Below the pieces are notes generated by a model. The model worked only from the letters and a program-made list of their open reading frames with translations, made no database searches and was not told the DNA's origin. 64,000 bases of DNA from Myxococcota bacterium. Its GTDB lineage: Bacteria; Myxococcota_A; SURF-8. Location of the stretch: the NCBI GenBank assembly GCA_963674735.2, contig CAXXQS010000002.1:1856001-1920000 (forward strand), read 5' to 3'. Positions 58,952 to 64,000 of this stretch are shown here, in pieces. Position numbers and translations under genes: made by a program. Every line of letters starts with the position of its first letter. Within the stretch, counting starts at the first letter, position 1.

Positions 58952-61900
58952 ATGAAAGTAGTCGTTCTTGCCCTTGGCACCTTGGCGGTCGTCTTGGCGA
59001 CCGGATGGATGACAATATCGACGAGCCCCGTCGACACGCAACCCGCAGCCGGCGGAGTCTCGACCAGCGGTCTCAGCCTGACCGCCGACGACCGGGCCGC
59101 CTTGCGCGCCGGACAGCCGCCTCTGATCGTCGATCCCGATCGCCGACAGGCGCCGTCCACGGTTCTGGAGCGCGTGTTGGACGATGCAGCCCGGCGAGCC
59201 GCCGAACCGGCCCTGCTGCAACTGCGCCACGGCGACATCGATCCGCTGGCTCCGGCCTTCAAATCGGCCCCTGACCCGCTTGGGGCCGTCGCCCTGCCGA
59301 AAACGGTCGCGCAGCGCATCGACCGGCTCTCGACCCGAACGGTGCAAGCTCTGCAATTCGCCCACCCCCTCACGGTGGACGATCGTCTGCGCATCGAGGC
59401 GGCGGGGGGCGACATTGTGGGTTACATCCCGAACCAGGCCTTTCTGGTCGCGTGGCCCAAAGGCGCAACCGACACCCGCGACGCCTTGCCCGGTCTGCGC
59501 TGGAGCGGCGTCCTGCCTCTTTCGAGCAAACTCGATCCTGAATTGAAAGCGGCCCTGGAACTCGGGCTGGAAGACACATCCGAACCACTGCTTTTGGAGG
59601 TTTCCGCCTTTCGCGACGAAGACATGAACGGTTGGGACGAACTGGTGCGTGCGGCGGGAGCCGACGATCTGCGCTACCTGAGCTCGAACGGTCTGCCGCG
59701 CATGATGGTGGAAGTGACGGGAGAACACCTGGCGACGGTCGCCGCCGCTTTGGCCCGCCTCGCCGGGGTGGAAAATCTGCGCCTCTATACCATTCCCAAG
59801 TTGAAGAACTACGGATCGATCTGGCTCCTGCAGTCGGGCGACAGCGAACTCGAAGCCACCCCGCTGTTCGACGCGGGCCTCACCGGCTGGGGACAGATCT
59901 ACGGCTCCGCCGATTCCGGGCTCGACACCGATGCCTGCCAGTTCCGCTTGTCGGGACGATCCGGCGCGCAAACCCTGGCCCAATCGGTCAAACCGCCGAA
60001 AATCGAGATCAGCAACCCCGACGACAAGGTGATCGCCTATTACATCCTGCCCGGTTCGGAGGCCTACGACGAAACCTCGGGCAATTATCACGGCACCATG
60101 ACCTCCGGTTGCGCCGTCGGCGACAACTACCTCAATCCGGCCAGCGCCGACTCTCCCGGGCTCGACAAATCGGACGGCATGGCCCCCGCCGCACAGATCG
60201 TCTTTCAGGACGGCGGCAATTCGGCGGGCTTCCTGGTGGGTCTCAGCTTTTCGTCACCTTACGACCTCAACCTGCAAGCCTATCTGTCCGGCGCACGGGT
60301 GCACAACAACAGCTACGGCCGCGAAGGCAGTTACAACGCCTACGATTCTAGTTCCCAGGAAATCGATCGTTTCATGTGGGACTATCCGGACTACCTGGTG
60401 GTCTTTGCCGCAGGAAATGCGGGACCGCGGGAAGGCACGCTGGGCGGCGAAGGCAGCACCGCCAAAAACACCCTGGCAGTGGGCGCGTCGATGCCCGGCT
60501 GGTATGAAGGCGGTAAGGATCTCATTTCGTTCTCCAGCCGCGGACCCACCACCGACGGCCGCCTGAAACCCGATCTGGTGGCCCCGGGCCTGATCGAATC
60601 GGCCACCGAAATCGCCCCGCGCAAACTCGACGGCGTCACCAACGTCTGGGGCAATCCGGCCTACGAATCCTCGACGGTGCCCCCCAACGACCAATGCGCC
60701 GTGGATATCACCAGCGGTACCAGCTTCTCGTCGCCCACCGCCGCAGGCATGGCGCTTCTGGTACGCCAGTACTTCACCGACGGCTATTATCCGGGCGGCG
60801 AACGCAACGCCGACGATGCCTTCATTCCCAGTTCGGCCCTGATTCGCGCCGTCATGCTGAATTCCAGCCGCGCGCTGGCCGGAGACGTGCTGGGCTTCAA
60901 CGGAGGCGGAACCGAAGTGATCGGCGACATCGATCCGCCGCCCTCCACCCATCAAGGCTGGGGCGTCATCACGCTGAACGATGCCCTGTATCTCAAGGGC
61001 GACCACCGCGACCTGGAGGTTCTGGCCGACATCGCGAACGGAACCGCCGACGCCATCACGCAAAACGACAACCAAACCTATACCCTCAAAGTCCGTTCCG
61101 GGGACGAACTGAAAATCAGCCTGGTCTGGATCGATCCGCCCGGATCCGCCGGTAGCGGCAAGGCATTGGTCAACGACCTCGATCTCGTGGTCGAAGCGCC
61201 CAACGGCGATGTCTATTTCGGTAACCGACGCTTCAATTACGGCCAATCGTCCCCCGTACTGGATAACACCGAACCCGACCGGCTGAATTCGCACGAGCAA
61301 GTCATCCTGGGCGACCCCGACAGCGGCGACTACACCCTCCACGTCATCGGGGCATCCGTCCCGGGCACCGGTTCGGTGAATGCGGCCGACTCGCAGCAAC
61401 AGGGTTACGCCCTTATCGCCACCGGCGACCTGGGCCAGGGCGATGAACAGCTTCTACCGCGTATCACGCTGCAACGGGTGGTCATTGGCGGCGGCTGCGA
61501 CAACGACGTCGCGCTCGACAAAAACGAAACCGTCACGGCCAAAATTCTGGTCATCAATTCCGGGGACGGCGCGGCCGAGGCCATGTCGGCACAGGTTTCC
61601 GTTGTCGAGGACGAAACCGACATCGACCCCGAGTTGATCCTTTTACCCAATGACGGCCTGTTCGATGTCCCGCGCATGGAAGCCCGCTCGCGCCTCGATT
61701 TCGGGCTGAAAATCGGCTTGATCAATACCGACGCGGACATCTGCGGAGGCTCGGCGACCTTTGCGGTTGTCATTTCCGATGCGGACGGCCAGGCGGTGCG
61801 CGAAACCAGCTTCACCATCCCGCTGGGAAAAGATTACCTGGAAGACGGCACCATCTTGTGCCAGACCGAGCTGTGCAACCCGCCCGCCACCATTACCGAA

Positions 61901-62320
61901 GTGATTCCGCACATCATGCGGCCGGGACAAGTCGGCCTGGCGGTGGTGATGAAGGGCAGCTACTTGTCGGATGACCTGAGCATCGAATTCGATCCGCCGG
62001 TTTTGGAATGCCGCGAACTGGAAGTGCGCGATTCCCGGGAAGCGGTTTACAAGGGCTGCAACGTGCTGGAAGACGCCGAAATCGGCCCGGTGGCGATACT
62101 GGCCGCCAATGAAGACGATCCGCAATCCCGCTACGAAGATCTGCTAGAATTGCAGGCCGCCGGGGAAACGGACGGCGATGTGGACGGCGCGGACGGCGAC
62201 GGCGACACCATCACGCCCGAAAAAGACGGCGGCGGATGCCGGAGCGCGCAACCGGGAACCGTCTGGTTGTGGTGGACCTTGTTGCTGCTGCCCTTCATGC
62301 GGAGGCGCGTGCGCTCGTGA
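58952..62320 (+). CDS. subtilisin (S8, KP-43-like) serine peptidase with MYXO-CTERM signal
   Basis: DSGLD, HGT, FAAGN, SGTSFSSP; LVNDLDL; ends GGGCRS..WLWWTLLLLPFMRRR. Confidence 0.92.
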   Translation: MKVVVLALGTLAVVLATGWMTISTSPVDTQPAAGGVSTSGLSLTADDRAALRAGQPPLIVDPDRRQAPSTVLERVLDDAARRAAEPALLQLRHGDIDPLAPAFKSAPDPLGAVALPKTVAQRIDRLSTRTVQALQFAHPLTVDDRLRIEAAGGDIVGYIPNQAFLVAWPKGATDTRDALPGLRWSGVLPLSSKLDPELKAALELGLEDTSEPLLLEVSAFRDEDMNGWDELVRAAGADDLRYLSSNGLPRMMVEVTGEHLATVAAALARLAGVENLRLYTIPKLKNYGSIWLLQSGDSELEATPLFDAGLTGWGQIYGSADSGLDTDACQFRLSGRSGAQTLAQSVKPPKIEISNPDDKVIAYYILPGSEAYDETSGNYHGTMTSGCAVGDNYLNPASADSPGLDKSDGMAPAAQIVFQDGGNSAGFLVGLSFSSPYDLNLQAYLSGARVHNNSYGREGSYNAYDSSSQEIDRFMWDYPDYLVVFAAGNAGPREGTLGGEGSTAKNTLAVGASMPGWYEGGKDLISFSSRGPTTDGRLKPDLVAPGLIESATEIAPRKLDGVTNVWGNPAYESSTVPPNDQCAVDITSGTSFSSPTAAGMALLVRQYFTDGYYPGGERNADDAFIPSSALIRAVMLNSSRALAGDVLGFNGGGTEVIGDIDPPPSTHQGWGVITLNDALYLKGDHRDLEVLADIANGTADAITQNDNQTYTLKVRSGDELKISLVWIDPPGSAGSGKALVNDLDLVVEAPNGDVYFGNRRFNYGQSSPVLDNTEPDRLNSHEQVILGDPDSGDYTLHVIGASVPGTGSVNAADSQQQGYALIATGDLGQGDEQLLPRITLQRVVIGGGCDNDVALDKNETVTAKILVINSGDGAAEAMSAQVSVVEDETDIDPELILLPNDGLFDVPRMEARSRLDFGLKIGLINTDADICGGSATFAVVISDADGQAVRETSFTIPLGKDYLEDGTILCQTELCNPPATITEVIPHIMRPGQVGLAVVMKGSYLSDDLSIEFDPPVLECRELEVRDSREAVYKGCNVLEDAEIGPVAILAANEDDPQSRYEDLLELQAAGETDGDVDGADGDGDTITPEKDGGGCRSAQPGTVWLWWTLLLLPFMRRRVRS

Positions 62321-62922
62321 AGGAAAAACAACTTCTACGCCTCGCCATCCTGTTCGTTCTGGGTTACCTCATCTATACCTACGTCTTCGACGCAGGCCGT
62401 AACCTGGCCGAACCGATGCTCGGTCCCGCCAACCCCGAGCAAGTCAGTCCCACCGTGCTCAATCGCGCCCCCGAGCTCGACGCCGTGGACTTCGACGGAG
62501 CGGCGGTGACCCTCGAAACGCTGCGCGGCAAGGCGGTGCTGCTCACCTTCTGGGCTCCCTGGTGCGGCGCCTGTCAACACGAATTGAAAGGGCTCGAAGC
62601 CCTCGCCCGCCAATTGGGGGACGAAGCCCACGTGCTGGCTCTGGCCACCCACTACCGCCGCGCGGAAAACGTGGTGGAAACCGCCCAGGATAAAAGCCTG
62701 AAGGCCGCGCGTGTCTTGCTCGATCGCGACGACGACACCGGTATCCGCTACGGCATTCGTGTCTTCCCCACCTCGCTGATCATCGACCCCACCGGGATCG
62801 TGCGCTACCGTTTGGAAGGTCTGCGCAGTTGGGATTCCGATTCGGCTCTGCGTGAGTTGCGTCAGATCGCCGCCTGCACGGAAAACGGCTGCCCCGACTA
62901 CGTTCCGCCCGAGGCGTCGTAA
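62317..62922 (+). CDS. TlpA/ResA-like membrane-anchored thiol-disulfide oxidoreductase
   Basis: FWAPWCGAC, FPTSLIID; N-terminal TM; GTGA overlap with the S8 stop. Confidence 0.9.
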   Translation: MKEKQLLRLAILFVLGYLIYTYVFDAGRNLAEPMLGPANPEQVSPTVLNRAPELDAVDFDGAAVTLETLRGKAVLLTFWAPWCGACQHELKGLEALARQLGDEAHVLALATHYRRAENVVETAQDKSLKAARVLLDRDDDTGIRYGIRVFPTSLIIDPTGIVRYRLEGLRSWDSDSALRELRQIAACTENGCPDYVPPEAS

Positions 62923-63016
62923 ACGGCAGACTTGAAACCTCACTCCCACTCAATCCTGTTGGAGTGCATCTCCGACGGGTTTTCGGGCGAACCGTAAAAA
63001 TCCGACATTCAGCTAT

Positions 63017-63565
63017 TCAGCGTGAGCCCAGCAGATCCCGAATCGCGCTCAGCAGATCGGGATGGTAGGCGTCGGGCGGGGGATTCTCGCCGTGGGTTGT
63101 TTGGGTCGGCGTGCCGACCCGCATCGCGCGTACTCCGGCGGCCCGCGCCGCGCCGATGTCGCTGGGCGAATCGCCGATCAGGACGCATTGGTCGGCTTCC
63201 AGGCCGTAACGTTGCATGGCGTCGAGCAGCAGGCCCGGTTGCGGTTTGCGGCAGGCGCAGTGGTCGTCGAGTCCGTGGGGGCAGACGAAAAAGGCGTCGA
63301 GATGCGCGTTGCTTGTTTCCTTGAGGCGCGTTTGCAACTCGGCGTGCACGGCATCCACATCCGCCGCCGTCATCAAGCCGCGTGCGATGCCGCGTTGATT
63401 GGTGACCACCAGCGCCCACACCCCCGCATCGTTGAGCAGGCGGACGGCCTCGGGAACGCCGGGCAGCAGGCGCAGTTGGTCGGGTTTGCGGATGTAGTCG
63501 TGATCGGGGGCTTTTTCGTTCAACACCCCGTCGCGGTCGAGTAATACCGCTTTGATGGTTGCCAT
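63017..63565 (-). CDS. gmhB: D-glycero-D-manno-heptose-1,7-bisphosphate phosphatase
   Basis: LDRDGVLN, VTNQRGI, CPH..CACRKPQPG, IGDSPSD. Confidence 0.92.
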   Translation of the reverse strand: MATIKAVLLDRDGVLNEKAPDHDYIRKPDQLRLLPGVPEAVRLLNDAGVWALVVTNQRGIARGLMTAADVDAVHAELQTRLKETSNAHLDAFFVCPHGLDDHCACRKPQPGLLLDAMQRYGLEADQCVLIGDSPSDIGAARAAGVRAMRVGTPTQTTHGENPPPDAYHPDLLSAIRDLLGSR

Positions 63566-63607
63566 GCTTCATGCACCTGAATCACGGTAGACGAAACGAC
63601 GAAGCGG

Positions 63608-64000
63608 CTAGCCTTCCGCTTCGAAACGCGCCTTGAAATAAAAACTGATGACATGCTCGTAGAACATGTGGGCCGATTCGACCAGGCCGTAATCGTAACT
63701 GTCGACGGTCAGCTCTTCATCCACCATGCTGCGCATCTTGCCGCCGCCGAAACCCAGCAGGCCGACCGTTTTCGCGCCGCGCTCCGTGGCGTAGGTCAGC
63801 GCCCGCACGACGTTTTCGCTGTTGCCCGAGCAGGAAATGCCCACCACCAGATCGTCGGCTTCGAGCAGATTTTTCAGTTGCTCGATGAAGATATCGTCGT
63901 AGCTCAAGTCGTTGGCGATGGCCGTGATGGTGCTGATGTTGTCGCACAGCGAAATCACCTTGAAGCGCGGATGTCCCTCGACCGCCGCACCCTTGCCCAG
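63608..64000 (-). CDS. gmhA: phosphoheptose isomerase (SIS domain), 5' end beyond the window
   Basis: TAIANDLSY..F.EQ, GISCSGNSENV, VESAH; frame is open to the window edge. Confidence 0.85.
   Translation of the reverse strand: MGKGAAVEGHPRFKVISLCDNISTITAIANDLSYDDIFIEQLKNLLEADDLVVGISCSGNSENVVRALTYATERGAKTVGLLGFGGGKMRSMVDEELTVDSYDYGLVESAHMFYEHVISFYFKARFEAEG

Overview
A GC-rich bacterial window. Three C-terminal and one internal MYXO-CTERM-like sorting signals (Gly-Cys, a transmembrane (TM) helix, then an Arg cluster) and many Cys-rich lipoproteins point to a Myxococcota/Deltaproteobacteria-related host (inference). It holds about 50 genes. Housekeeping genes include trpS, trmL, sppA, clpB, a ClpA/C-type ATPase, radA, yacG, HU, a HIT protein and gmhA/gmhB. 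There are also glycan/lipid genes, a MoxR-DUF58-VWA cluster, an ECF sigma/anti-sigma pair and many acidic surface proteins. I saw no rRNA, tRNA, CRISPR array or transposase. Most notable: (1) a 1602-aa protein with a BPI/LBP-like N-terminus whose middle carries a MYXO-CTERM signal followed at once by a second lipoprotein signal peptide, suggesting a polyprotein that yields two separately anchored surface proteins; (2) Asp-Gly-Asp (DGD) repeat linkers in at least seven mostly unrelated exported proteins; (3) two copies of a 177-bp structured element with terminal inverted repeats and a GTAG flank, sharing a stem with a REP-like hairpin; (4) a low-GC Zn-ribbon/PD-(D/E)XK nuclease gene with cassette-like ends; (5) an uncalled 39-aa basic protein with its own promoter; (6) three apparent pseudo-enzymes and an HU with a ~230-aa histone-H1-like tail. 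All family assignments are by-eye motif recognition; no database was searched.
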